A stretch of DNA of 63,087 bases, filler included, from Octopus bimaculoides (taxonomy: Eukaryota), in NCBI RefSeq assembly GCF_001194135.2. It is 3 parts of 2 records of this genome, joined end to end, with 100 filler letters (N's around TTAATTAATTAA, not from the genome) between each part and the next. Parts side by side here need not be neighbours in the genome. Positions count along the whole stretch, not along the records: positions 27,663 to 54,113 come from NC_068981.1; positions 54,214 to 63,087 come from NC_068981.1; 1 more part is not named here. One strand, written 5' to 3'. Shown here piece after piece: positions 48,698 through 61,860 of the stretch; the stretch's first letter is position 1; each line of letters starts with the position of its first letter. The notes under the pieces are model-generated. The model was not told where the DNA came from. It did no database searches and saw only the letters and a program-made list of their open reading frames with translations. The position numbers and the translations under genes are program-made.

Positions 48698-49059
48698 ATG
48701 TGTATGTATGTGTATGCATACATATATATATATTTGCATGTAGGTATGTATGTATGTATGTGTATACTTGTAGGTATTTGTGTTTGCACATGAATGTATT
48801 TTATGTTTATGTCTATATGTGTATATGCTTGTATATGTAAGTTTGTATGTATGTATACTTCTATGTCTGTGTGCGCATATTTTTATGTATGGATACATTA
48901 ACACGCACGCATATACATATGTACATCTGTGTATATATATATATGTGCATATTTTTATGTGTTTTTTTATATATGTATTCTCTTTGGTGTATATGCATGT
49001 ATGTATGCGTGTACAAATGTGTGTATGTGTATATATATAGTCGTGTCTTTGTATGTGTG

Positions 49060-49120
<61 letters not shown>

Positions 49121-49997
49121 TTATTTATTTATATATATGTATGTGTGTGTGTATATTGCATGTTCATGTTTATATATGTATATTTATATATATGTATGTA
49201 TATATATACGTCTTATGTGAATACGTACTCCTTTATTATTTTATTTGTATCTTCCTTTACACATGCACCCTTGTATGTGTATATGTGAGTGTATGCACGT
49301 GTGTGTGTGTATGTGTATGTTTGTATGTATGTATCTATGTATGATTGTATATCGTTGTGTCAAGTGTATACGTTTTTCTATTACTTGTAAATTAATAATT
49401 TTCAACTTCATATATTCGTTTTTGTTCTTATTTTTTTTTATTGTCTCCCCTAACGCGGGCTAGTTTTTGAGTATGAAGTCCATGGACTTTTTAAATGAAG
49501 GGCATTTAATTTTTAAGGCGTTGGCGTTGAGTTGTATTATCACCAAATTTATAGAGAGGAAAAGTCTTAAAGTTTGGTTATTTCTTACCTGCACATGTAA
49601 CTTTTTGCTATGCTCACTGAGTCCTATTTGTCTGCATTCCCGTATTTTAATTTTCAATCTATTCAACAATACTGAAACCCTTACTGTGACCACCACCACG
49701 GCTACTGCTAGATTATAGATGAACGACTCTTGTAAGCCAACACCACTACTACTAGCTTGATGCAATACGCCACAGGAAACCTTAGCTGTTGCAGCTACGA
49801 CTATTGTTTCTCCTCACAACACTCACAGATCTACCTTCCGCTACTTTTATTAATCGACCCTTGCAGCAAACTAGCAACAACCAGAAGGAAGCGACGATGT
49901 AGTACCATGTGATCTCTATGAGAAAACCTATGAACTTTCAGAACTGATGTTATGAGTTTAATTAAATTTCATTCAATTTATTTTTTCCATTTTAAAC

Positions 49998-50041
49998 CAA
50001 GATGAAGAGGTCGTCTTAAAACGACCGAAACCGGTAGCTTC
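49998..50041 (+). ncRNA. Decayed Penelope-type minimal hammerhead motif
   Basis: AAG-ATGAAGA-GGTCGT(CTTAAA)ACGACC-GAAA-CCGG-TA-GCTT. Core C3 is mutated. Confidence 0.45.
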
Positions 50042-52615
50042 TTAGTTAAAAATGTACATATTGTCTTTCCGTTTTCTATGAGAAAGTTCTCAACGCATTT
50101 TCTTTTTCTATTTTTTTTTCAATATTATATATGTGTATATGTATATTTTTTTTTTGTGTGTGTGTGTATTCATACACACAGATATATTTTTATTAATTAC
50201 ACTGGTCAATAAAATAAATTTCTATTTCTTTCATCGGTATGTGTTTTGGATACTAATTCTAAATTTATCTTCAGATTTTTCTATAGCACACCTACTTTGT
50301 GAAAGAAATTTTTGAAATAAGTTTTTGTTTTTCTTAATTTTGTCAATGCACGAAATATTAAACTCTGTATAACACTTTATGCAAAGCATGGACTCGATTA
50401 ATGCATACAATATTTTAACCCTATTTTTATATTAAATATTCAGTTAGAATCACATGTAACTGAAAAGTATGTTTTATATAATTTTAAATATATCATGAAT
50501 ATGATTTTTCCTTATATAAATGACCTGGTTTGCAGCGATGTATTGACCAAAAAACAGTCATGATGCCTTCATTCCCAAATCCCTGATCTTATATGCATGA
50601 ATGTCTTTTCTTTCCAGATTCAGCTTTTGCTTTCCTCAGATGAGAATGTAGGAAGCGTATATTTAATTACTTCTAAACAACCCAGTTCCTTACAGATATC
50701 AGTTAACTCAACCAGGAGTCTTTTTATTTCCTTGTAAGTTTCCCTATAAACATTTCAAAACTTATCAAGCTTTTAATCTCAGTGTATCAAACGTGTGTTC
50801 AGTTTTAATACATTTTATCATTTGTACTCGCATAAAAGTTCACTCCTTCAATTTTGTTGTACTGACATTTGGGAACATACTTTCAGAAATGTGTGCTTAA
50901 ATTCCCTTAAATTGATTTTACCGGTTTTACAATTGCTTTAACAAAAAAATTCATTAAACCAAGTTTAGTAAGGAGTGGTAGAAATATCTTCTTGGGACTA
51001 ACCTAAAGGACGAAGTAGACATTGCTTATTCGTGGAGCATATGTTGAGCGTAATAGTCAGCCACATTGAATATAGCGATTCTTAAGTAGCACAAATGTTT
51101 CAGAGGCGTTATAATCAACAGCATTTTATGAATTGTAGTTCTGTGCCTCATTGCATGCAAATGACTTTGAGATCTTCGCAAACTTTTCATTGGGGAATGC
51201 GGTACTGAATGGTATTTAGCAGTATGCCCACATTATCATATAAACAGAGTCAGCTATAAGGATGCATGTCATTACATTATGAGAAGAACTTTCTTTCAAG
51301 CTTCTTTCTAATGAACCAAAGATGTGCCAGTCAGGTACTACATAAGTCTGAGACAAGATTTTAAAAATTCTTTTGACGTTGTTGCAATAGCAAAATAGAC
51401 CACCTGCTGAAAAGCATGTTACAAAATTAAAATTTTGCTGTCAATAGTATTTTAGTCAAGTAAATTTTCTTTTGTTAGTATTAAAGTTGGGAAATCTACC
51501 TTCTCCTAAAACAACAAAATATCTCTACCAAGACTATTCAAACACTCTGTGATTCTACATTTTCTTCGGGGAATTATTCATAAAATGTAGACAGTCCAAA
51601 ACTTCCACCAATTGTACCTTTATCACTGTTATGGAGGCTAGGCCATCATTTACAGGAAGTAGATAGGTAGTGCTCCATCGTGATGGATTGGTCTTTGTGT
51701 TAAATATAAGTATATCTAAAAAACCTTGCGTTTGATCTTCGCAGTAAACTAAACTCAATTATATTATCTCCCAGCTGATTAGTTATAGGCCTATATGACA
51801 AGGGAGAGGATCGCCGTGCCAAAATCTAAATCATTTATTTTTTGTAAGTGAAAAATGAGATCTTTAATCTCATGTAACTGCTATTTTAATCTCATTGAAC
51901 CTCTTCAGTACGATGTAGTTAGGAATCTAGAGTCTATTAAGCATTGCATGAAATTAACTTATTTATTTTAAAGAGGGATAATAAAGTATAGAGTGGTATA
52001 AATGAAAATATTTCTTTAGACTCACAAGCATTCGGTTAGAATTCTTGCATCAAAGATTGGAATTTTTGTATCAATCTCAGTTCACTGGTTATTCACCTCT
52101 ATGGCAAGGGAAAATTTCGTCTCGCCAAAATCCAATCCGTATTACTAACATACATTTTGATAGTTTCTTAGTGAAAAGAATAAATAAAATATGCTTATGC
52201 ATTTATTGGATTAAATTTTCTGTAATTTAATTTTCTATTTGCATATTGTCCTTAACATTCATATTTAAATCTCGTTGGATTTTTTTTAGTACGAAAGAGT
52301 CAAGAATGCAGGGTCTATCAGACATTAAATAATTAGTTTTATTAGGTGGCTTGTGAGCATTACTAGTGACATGTTATCTAGTGCAACCTGTTGTATGGTC
52401 GGGTCATCGACGACAAAACCGACAACTCCATCAAGTTTACTTGGTGAAGTGGGTAACTTTGGGACATCCTGCAGGATTAAGAATAAGACTTCTGAAAGAG
52501 GATGAACTCAGGATAATCGACAGCTTTCCGATACAATGAAATATCTTGATCCATTATGTAAATACTCAACCTCACAAAGTTAATGAATTTATTATTTGCA
52601 ATAACTTTATGCACA

Positions 52616-52673
<58 letters not shown>

Positions 52674-52902
52674 CATAAATAATGTTACGACAGGCTTCCA
52701 TACAGTTTCTACCTACCAAATTCACTCACATGGCATGTTTGTGCTGGTTGGCTCGATTGACCCGCGAGTATAGCAGATGACACTTACCCACAGTATCACA
52801 CAGTGGGACTAAACTTGAAGCCACATAGTTGTGCAACGAACTTCTTAACTCCACAGCCATGCCTGCTAATTAACAGCGAAGAGTTACTAACACTGCTATT
52901 CA

Positions 52903-53254
52903 AAATTGGTTTCAAATTTTGGCACAAACTTCGGCGGAGGGAGTAAGTCGATTACAACGACCCCAGTGCTTAATTGGTGCTTGTTTTATCAACCCGTAAA
53001 GAATGGAAGGTAAAGTCAACCTCGGCAGAGTTTGAACTCAGAACGTAAAGACGGACGAACTTCTTGCTAAGCATTTTGTTCAGCGTGCTAACGATTCTGC
53101 CAGCTCGTTGCCTTACACTAATATTCAATATTACAATGAATTCTGTATCCCTTTCGGGGTCGATAAAATGACTACCAGATGAATAGTGAGATTGATGTAA
53201 TCGATTTACCCCACCCCACCGAAGTTGCTGACCAGCCAAAAATTTGAAACCAAT
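52903..53254. mobile_element. Head-to-head pair of SINE A copies (52903-53113 minus; 53148-53254 plus, 3' half)
   Basis: Both outer ends carry the GAAACCAAT tail. The arms are imperfectly complementary. Confidence 0.75.
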
Positions 53255-54113
53255 ATTACAACGAAGTCTCGACGTACTGTTTTAGTCTAGCCGTCTGAAG
53301 CTGGCTGTCTTGTTATCTTCACAAGTGTGTAGGAATATCAAACGTGTCTGTAGTATACACTGGAATAGAATCCATAAAGCGACTTGTGCTTAATAACAAA
53401 CAAAGCTAATAGTTAAGAGTTTGAAATCTTTTGCCGGCTATTTTACCGAACATAGAATTTATGAATAACTAAATATACATTTGCTAGCTTTCAAGAATAA
53501 AACTATTTGTGTATTTGGAATCCAAGGGCGAAATCCATTTAGAATATTGATTTTTAGGTACAGAAACTCCACAATATATACCATATAAGGGAACAAGTTC
53601 CTTATCCATCCTTTTTCACCAAATAACCTCCTACCCACTGCCTAATTGCCCATTCATTGTTGCTATTCGTCATGTCTCCACATCACCGATCATTGCTGTT
53701 CAATTTTCCTGCAACCACTTCTGTCCCTCATCTACCCATTTTACTTTTCGCTGACCATCCACCCATTAATCTATCCGCTCATTCATTCACTTGACAGCCT
53801 ATTTTCCCATCTACCCACCAAATCAACTGTTCAACCATTATTTCATTCGCCGTCTCTCTTTTTATCTCCACGCCAACCCTTCGCATTCTTTTGTCTTTTT
53901 TTTCTCTCAACTTCCATTCATTTATTGACTCATCCATTTGTACATCCACATATCCACACATCAATCAGCCCCCCCCCCGCCAGCCAATCTTCCACCCACA
54001 CACACATGTATACATCTACTGATTCACCCAACCCATCAATTCAATTTATTCATTCATTCTTTCCAACCACTATGTATGTATGTATGTATGTATTACGTAT
54101 GAATGCATATATA

Positions 54114-54213
54114 NNNNNNNNNNNNNNNNNNNNNNNNNNNNNNNNNNNNNNNNNNNNTTAATTAATTAANNNNNNNNNNNNNNNNNNNNNNNNNNNNNNN
54201 NNNNNNNNNNNNN
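54114..54213. other. Artificial scaffold linker 44N-TTAATTAATTAA-44N
   Basis: Same structure as 27563-27662. Confidence 0.95.
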
Positions 54214-54600
54214 AGACCTGGAAATAGAGATAACTCGAATGTGGAATCTAAAAACAGAAACAATTCCTATCATAGTAGGTACCTTAGGTATAATAAAAAA
54301 ATATTCAGACAAATACATAACAAAAATACCAGGACTTACAAATATATATAACATACAGAAAATTGCACTACTGGGTACTGCACACATTCTACGCAAAACA
54401 CTTTCAATACAGTAAACATAAGAGCACCACAGCAAACCACAGCACATACCCAAGGCGCACAGAGCTGCGCTCGGTAGTGAAGTGAAAGCACGTTATAAAA
54501 ATAAAACTACTGAACAATAATGATAATAATAATAATAATGATAATAATCATAAATAGTAATAATAATAATAATAATAATAGTAATAATAATAATAGTAAT
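54214..54600 (+). mobile_element. R4/Dong-like retrotransposon 3' end: ORF C-terminus (54215-54415), 3' UTR and (TAA)n
   Basis: DLEIEITRMWNLKTETIPIIVGTLG...IQKIALLGTAHILRKTLSIQ* is uninterrupted, followed by a TAA-rich tract. Confidence 0.8.
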
Positions 54601-55062
54601 AACCCTTTCTACTATAGCCACTACTATAGGTGGCGTTAGCTTCAGAATATTACCTTCCTTAGTGATTAGTTTTTCACTCTCCTTCATCTTTCTGGGCTCC
54701 ACTCTTATTTCTCGCACCTCCAACTCTTGCACATCTACTCCTTTGCTCGTTGCGGCCGCATAACTGGGGCCACCTCCGGCGCCTTCTCCATTTTCTCACA
54801 ATGAGAGGAAACAAAACAACAATTAACGAATCAACAACGGCAACAATTAAACAACAATTCAATCAGAAATGGCAGCAAATCAATAAACAGTTCAACATAG
54901 ACTCACGTATTAACTTCACAGCTAAGCATTTCGCCCGGCGTGCTAACGATTCTGCCAGCTCGTCGCCTCATCCGATTTAATAATACTTTCAATTTGATAA
55001 TATTTTGATATATCGTTCAAATGTTTTACCAATGTTGGAATTATATAAAACCCTACATAGAT

Positions 55063-55710
55063 ATTGGTTTCAAATTTTGGCACAAAGCCAACAATTTTTG
55101 GGGAGAGGGTAAGTATATTACATAACCCAAGTATTTAACTGGTACTTATTTCATCGAACGTGAAGGGATGAAAAGCAGAATCGACCTCGGCAGAATTTGA
55201 ACTCAGAGCGTAAAGACGGACGAAATATCGCTGAGTATTTTTGCCTGTCATGCAAATGATTCTGTTAGCTCGCATCCTTTGAATCCCATATAAATATTTG
55301 TCTTCAAATTTGGGCCCAAGGCAAACAATATCGGGGATATATATTGACACAAGTATTTCATCGATCCCGAAACAAATGAAATGCAGAGTCGACCTCGACG
55401 GAATTTGAACTGAGAACGTGAAGACCGACGAAATACCGCTAAGCATTTTGTCCGGCGTGGTGACGATTCTGCTACCACGCTGTCGTGAATCCTACAATAA
55501 TAGACATTGGTTTCATATTTTGGTACAAAGTCAGCAATATCGGGGCAAGGGGTAAGTCGATTACATCAACCCAGTATTTAACTGGTAATTATTTTATCGA
55601 TCCAGAAAGGATGAATGGTGAAGTCGACCTCAGCAGAATTTGAACTCAGAATGTAGAAACGGACGAAATATCGCTAAGCATTTTTGCCCAGATTCTGCCA
55701 CCTCTCTGCA
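55063..55710 (-). mobile_element. Three head-to-tail SINE A copies
   Basis: Units at about 55063-55277, 55298-55486 and 55507-55710. Confidence 0.85.
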
Positions 55711-56029
55711 TTGAATCCCATGTATCTATTGAAGGATCTTTACTTTTGGAGTACTGAAAAAAAGGCATCGTCGTTTCCTATGAAATGAGCATGTTTTTTT
55801 TTTTTTATCAACAATTGATATATGCAACAACTACATACACCCCATATGGTTAATAATTCTGCAAAGCAAATAAGAACTACCGCATCATCAATCACGTCCG
55901 ATACGTCTGAAATTTCAAAAACAAGCAAAGCGGAACCAATCATCTGAACAAAAAAGAAATTAAGAAATTTCGGAATTTCATTAAATTTAATAGATTACAC
56001 TTGCACATTTTAACATCTTTGATATTTCG

Positions 56030-56082
<53 letters not shown>

Positions 56083-56155
56083 TACATACATACATACATA
56101 CATACTTCACCATTAATATTATATTATATTATATTATATTATACTATACTGTAAA

Positions 56156-56368
56156 GCAGCGAGCTGGCAGAATCGCTAGCACTCTGGTAAAAATATTTAG
56201 CGGCATTTCGCCCGTCTTCACATTCTGAGTTCAAATTCTACTAAGATCGACTTTGCTTATTATCCTTTTGAGGTCGATAAAATAAGTACCAAGTGAGTAC
56301 TGAAGTCGATGCAATCGACTAACTCAGTTCCCCGAAATTGCTGGCCTTGTGCCAAAATTTGAAATCAA
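56156..56368 (+). mobile_element. Full-length SINE family A
   Basis: Collinear with 19899-20115. Confidence 0.85.
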
Positions 56369-58982
56369 CATTTTTTTATATTGTACGTATTATCATATAT
56401 ACAAAATACATGCATACATACAATCTGCATGTATGTATGTATATATGTCTGTCTATCTATCTATCTGTCTCTTCACACACACACAAACACACACAAACAC
56501 ACACGCTCGCACTTGTATACATACATAGCGTTGTAATTAACTGGTAATTTAGATTATAAGATTTTAATAATTACTAGTTGTGCTCATGTATATTACTCTG
56601 AATAAGTAAAATAAAGATAACTTTTTTCTTAGTACAGATGCACTGCTCTTCTGTAGGTTTTTATGCACTTGTAATTCGCTTGCAAAGTAAGGAAGGAAAC
56701 AGTAAATATACTAAGCGTTATTTTTTTTTCAAAAAATGATGCAATGATAGTAGGCGTGGTCGGTCTAAGTACCAAACGGCTCTCTGTCGGTTTCGGCGAT
56801 GAGGATTCAGATGTTCGCATAATTGAATTCTCTGCCCATTGAATTGGCCTGTAAGTAGCTGAGTATTCCACAGGCACGCATGCCATTCATGTAATCTTTG
56901 AGTAAATCTGAGTGGAATTGTGCATGAGAAGGATACATATTTGAATTACGCGTACAATTCTTATTTCTTTATTGCCCACAAGGGGCTAAATATAGAGGGG
57001 ACAAACAAGGACAGACAAAGGGATTAAGTCGATTACACTGGTGCGTATCTGGAACTTAATTTATCGACTCCGAATGGATGAAAGGCGTACAATTCTACAA
57101 ACCGGCTTCTGCATAGTTTCAGTTCATGCAATTTCTCTCACAAGGCTTGGTCAACTCGAAGCAATGATAAAAGGACACCTATTTAAGATGCCATGCAGCA
57201 GGATCGAACGCGATAATTCGTGATTGTGAAGCAAACTTCTTAACCATTCGGCCAAGCGTTTGTTACTAATTATGGTTACGTTGGAACTAAACGCCGTCTT
57301 TAATTAGAGTATAGTCATCTGAACGATGGAAAGAAAGAGGTTAGAGCGAAATAGATTCATAGAAAAGGCAACAATAATATGGAGAATGCAATTTTAAGTA
57401 AACCTATTTAACAAATTTAATGTATAAAATATGTTAACTCTAACTCAACATACGCGGAAATGCTTTCAAGTTAAGTGAAAAATTCATAAGTGCAGATGTA
57501 CTCATAGTTGAAACGGAGAGGAAGCTTATCAAATTAGTTGAACCATATGAAAGTACAGCTGTTGTAACTGAGCAGGTGAACCCCCAACCGAACAGACTTA
57601 TAACCAAAATAGCTCCATTCGTGGCCATCATGTGCTTTATGAAAATATTATTTGACGTGAATAAAGGAAAACCTGGCTGCTACTTCTAGAGAATTCTGCG
57701 TTATCTAACGTGTTTTTTTTATGTAAGTTGGTAGGATGTGAAGGAAGAATTGGCTGCTATATCTAGAGAATTCTTCTTTAGATCTCAGAAACGATGTGAC
57801 TATGCCCGCATGTTCGGCACGATAAACATTTGTAGCTTAGCAGTGGTTCAAGTGCAAATATAAAGCTTGGTGCCTTGTGCCGCCAAAAATTGCAATATGA
57901 AACGGGTTAGAAAGAACAGCCATGCTACACTGTCCGTTGCGTGGGTTGACAAGGAATGCGTCGGAAAATATACTGTTGTCTCTACCCAGTGCTAGTACAA
58001 TCAGTAATAATCCTGCAACTTCTTCTGGGTGGCGTGGTTGGGAGCACAAAGCAGGCATGTCCCAGGACCTTGAAGAAGGTCCAATTTGTTAAAAATAGGT
58101 TTACTTAAAATTGTACCATTTTTTTAGAGAAATTTGCTTCTCTATATCATCGTTGCTTTCTCTATAAATCCATTTTGCTCTAACCTCTTTTCTTCCATCA
58201 TTCAGATGACTATACACTAATTAAAGGCGATGTTTAGTTCCAAGGTAGCCATAATTTGTGGCCGACGCATGGCCAAATGGTTAAGAAGTTTGATTCATAA
58301 TCATGAAGTATCGCATTCGGTCCTGCTGCGTGACATCTTAGATAGTTGCTTTTCTTTATCGTTGCTTCGAGTTGACCAAGCCTTGTCAGAGAAAGTAATA
58401 ATCATGCAACTTGTTTTGGGAGGCGTGGCTGGGAGCATAAAGGATGCGTGTCCCAGGGCCCGGATGCAGGTCCAGTTAGATAGGATCCTATGCAGGTGGT
58501 GTCTAGGGAGTCAACCCCTATTACGCTCGCAGGAATTGTGGGCGGAAAACGGTGCTGGCTGGCAGGCTGGATAATGATTTATATGAAGGACATCCATCGG
58601 TCAAGGATTAACATGCATCTGAACATATTATGAGCAGGTCTTGGCGAGATTATCTCATTTTTAAAGAAGAATAGCAAGTGCCCATGAAGTCTCCCTTCTC
58701 CATACTACCTATGTTTAACTAAAGAAAATACTACTTAGTTCCGGTATCGACGCAGGAGTTGTTTCAGAGCGCAAAGACCCAGCACGGTACTACGTCTGAC
58801 ACTCTAAGAGAGAGTTTCACCAATACCCTGAATCAGATTGGCAAGCTTTTATTGATCCCGAAAGGGTGAAAAGAAAACCTGACTAAGGTAGGAGTGGAAC
58901 TAAGTGTGGAGACTGGAAACATATACCACGAAGCATTCTAACCAGCACCTTAATGACTCGGCCATATTACATCCTGGGACAA

Positions 58983-59610
58983 TGCTTTCAAATTTTGGCA
59001 CAAGGTTAGCAATTTTACGTGAGATGTAAGTCATTTTACATCGATCCACTGGTCAACTGGTATACATTTTATTGACCCAGGAAAGGTTGAAATGCAGAGC
59101 CAACCACAGCGAACATTTAAACTGAGGACATGAAGAGCCGGATGAAATGCCGCAAAACAATTTATCCTCAACAAAATCGTATGTATTGACAAGGAGGGAT
59201 ATTGGCTTCAAATTTTGACACAAGTCCAGAAATTTTAAGGGAAGAGTAAGTCGATTACATCAACCCCAGTCTCAGCCCCTAAAGGATGAAAAACAAAGTC
59301 GACCTCGGCGCAGTTTGAACTTAGAACTTAAAGACGATCAAAATACCACTAAACTTTTTGTCCGGCACGGTATCAATTCTGCTAGCTCACCGCCTAGAGG
59401 AAAAGAAATATTGGTTTCTAATGTTGGCACAAGGCCAGCAAGTTCGGGGTGGGGTAACTCCATTATATCGACCCCAGTACTCAACTGGTACTTATTTCAT
59501 CGACCCCGAAAAGAAGAGATGCTAAGTCGACCTCAGTGGAATTTGAACGCAGGCGAAATGTTACTAATCATTTTGCCCGGAGTGCTAACGATTCTGCCAG
59601 TTCGCCGCCT
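58983..59610 (-). mobile_element. Three (possibly four, from 58830) same-orientation SINE A copies
   Basis: Units at about 58983-59165, 59200-59395 and 59409-59610. Confidence 0.8.
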
Positions 59611-61183
59611 TAATGAGTGGGAAATATCAAAAATGAAAATTAAACGAAAAATATAATAGACTTAAGGGTTAACGACAAGTTTGCAAATAAAATATATAGA
59701 TGATGAAATCTATATATGAAACCACACATACACACACACACGAGAAACAACTTGAAACCGTGGATGATTTTAAGGTTTACGAACTGGAATCTATCAACTT
59801 GTATAGATTAACAAATAAACGAGATAGACGAATTAAAATGTAGTAAAATAGCAATTGAAGCGTAATAACCAAAGACAACAAAATAAGGAAAATTCTTTAT
59901 TTACATAAACAGGAAGTGGTTTGTTCTGCAAAATGAATAATATCAAGCACTTAAGTGGTTCAAGATCAAACATAGATAAAGCTAGTAAGATTTTGAACTG
60001 ACATATGGTAGAATAAAATTGCAGAGAATAGCAACATTGCCATAGAAGGTCGGGTTATCTGAGATACTGAGAAAGAATGAAAAGAAAAAGAAAGATGTTA
60101 AATATAAGGAAGATATTCTTTCTTCTTTTACTCGCTTCGATCATTGGATTGCGGCCATGCTGGACTACTGCCTTGAAGGGTTTAATCGAACTAATGGAGG
60201 CCAGTACTTAGTTTTTTAAGTCTAATGTCTATTATATCGGTCTTGTAAACAAATCGACAAGAGGTGGTAGGAGGGGCAAACACAAGCACAAATAACATAC
60301 ACACAAACACACACATATATACAACGGGCTTCTATACCTATCTCTGTCTATCAAATCCACTCACAAGACTTTAGTTGGGCTGAGGCTATAATAGAAAACC
60401 AAGGTGTCACAGAGTGGGACTGAACCCGAACTGTGTCGTTGAGAAGGAAAGCTCTAACCACACAGAAAGTATTACAAAAAAAAAAATAAGACAGACAAAT
60501 ATTGACTTTACTAGAGATGGACAATATTCATCTTTACTGGAAACCAATAAATCATTCAATATAATGATGAGTACATAATTCAGGCTGAATTGGAAAGCAG
60601 TGAGCCAGTGATCTATGAGAGTACCCCATACGCGATTTTCACTAGAGTTTAGCTAATTGGAATATCATGCCGAATGGGATAACACGTAGCATAAGACCAA
60701 ATGCATAAAGTCAACCAATTATAAAAGAGAAAATGCATCACACACCGGAATTAGAGTTCACCAACGAAACTGGCTATAGGTTTTGATGATTATCAGAAAT
60801 CCGATGACGTGGTATCAAGATTGAAAAAAAAAATGAGTTTATGAGTGAATACGTTTACCGAGGTATGTGTGGTTTTATCAAATGAATTATTGGCAGATGC
60901 TGAATAAGAAGTATGGTTGCCAGTGAGAAGCAAACAAGCTTCTGAATCTCAGTTTGATAAAGAAGGTTCTGTAAGGAAAATAATTAGCCAATAGTATGAA
61001 TTTAGATCAGTGCTCGGTCTGTTTGGCTTTGGAGCACACTGGAAGTCAAACAAAAAATTGCCGGTGTACTTCGTATGAAAACTTCAAAAAACATTTTTTA
61101 AATTAAAGAATTACAAAAAGCATAAAGAAGGAAAATATCAAAAAAGTTATTGCATACTACGCTTTATTAATCATACATGAATA

Positions 61184-61860
61184 GTGGTGGCTGTGTGGTC
61201 AAGAAGTTTACTTTCTAACCACGTGGTTCCAGGATCAATCCCAATGTGCAGTACCTTGAGCAAGTGTCTTCTACTGTAGCCTCGGACCTACCAAAGTCTT
61301 GTGCGTGGATTTGGTAGACTGAAACAGAAAGAAGCCTGTCGTATATTTGCAAATATGTGTCTGTGCGCACAAACACGCGCGCGCACATACACATATACAC
61401 ATACACGCACAAAATATATATGTTTGCCTGTTTGTATGTGTATGCTTGTTTGTCTTTGTGTTTGTTTCCAACCATTGCTTGATAACCGGCGCTGGTTTGT
61501 TTACACCGTCCCCGTAACCCAGCGGTTCATCGAAGAGAAAGCGATATGTACCACACTTAACCCTTTAGTGTTTAAACCGGCCATATCAGGCCAAAATTGT
61601 CTTCCAGTTTTATGCTCAAACCAGCCAGCTCTGACCTCTCACACCTACCCTACAAAGTCATTCTAAAAATAAACAGGGACATCATAAAAATCTCAGAGTT
61701 ACAAGATGCTATACAATTAACTTAAAACAACGTAATTAAACAGGCTTTACATTTGACAGAGTAATCTGAATGCTAAAGGGTTAAAAGAAGAAAAAAAAAC
61801 ATAAGCCCTGGGGGAGATTTGTTCGACTAAATCTTTCACTGACTGAAACAAGTAAGAGAT
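61184..61860 (+). mobile_element. SINE family C interrupted by a piggyBac-type MITE
   Basis: The SINE consensus breaks at ...GTACCACAC-TTAA and resumes ...ATAAGCCCTGGGG after 61784. Confidence 0.8.
61561..61780. mobile_element. 220-bp piggyBac-type MITE
   Basis: TTAA TSD on both sides (61557-61560, 61781-61784). Ends CCCTTTAG...CTAAAGGG, extending to an imperfect 16-bp TIR. Confidence 0.88.

Noticed and set aside
49460-49765. 101-aa minus-strand ORF as a host gene
   Set aside because: No recognisable domain or splice context; more likely part of a decayed retroelement next to the hammerhead remnant.
56780-56885. Hammerhead-like CTGAAT...GCCGAAAC on the minus strand
   Set aside because: No stem II, and it aligns as a decayed SINE B/H 3' tail.
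58449-58466. Resemblance of GTCCCAGGGCCCGGAT to the twister ribozyme core
   Set aside because: The flanking twister elements (UAA near the cleavage site, GAGGG pseudoknot partner) are not found, and the paralogous copy lacks the resemblance.
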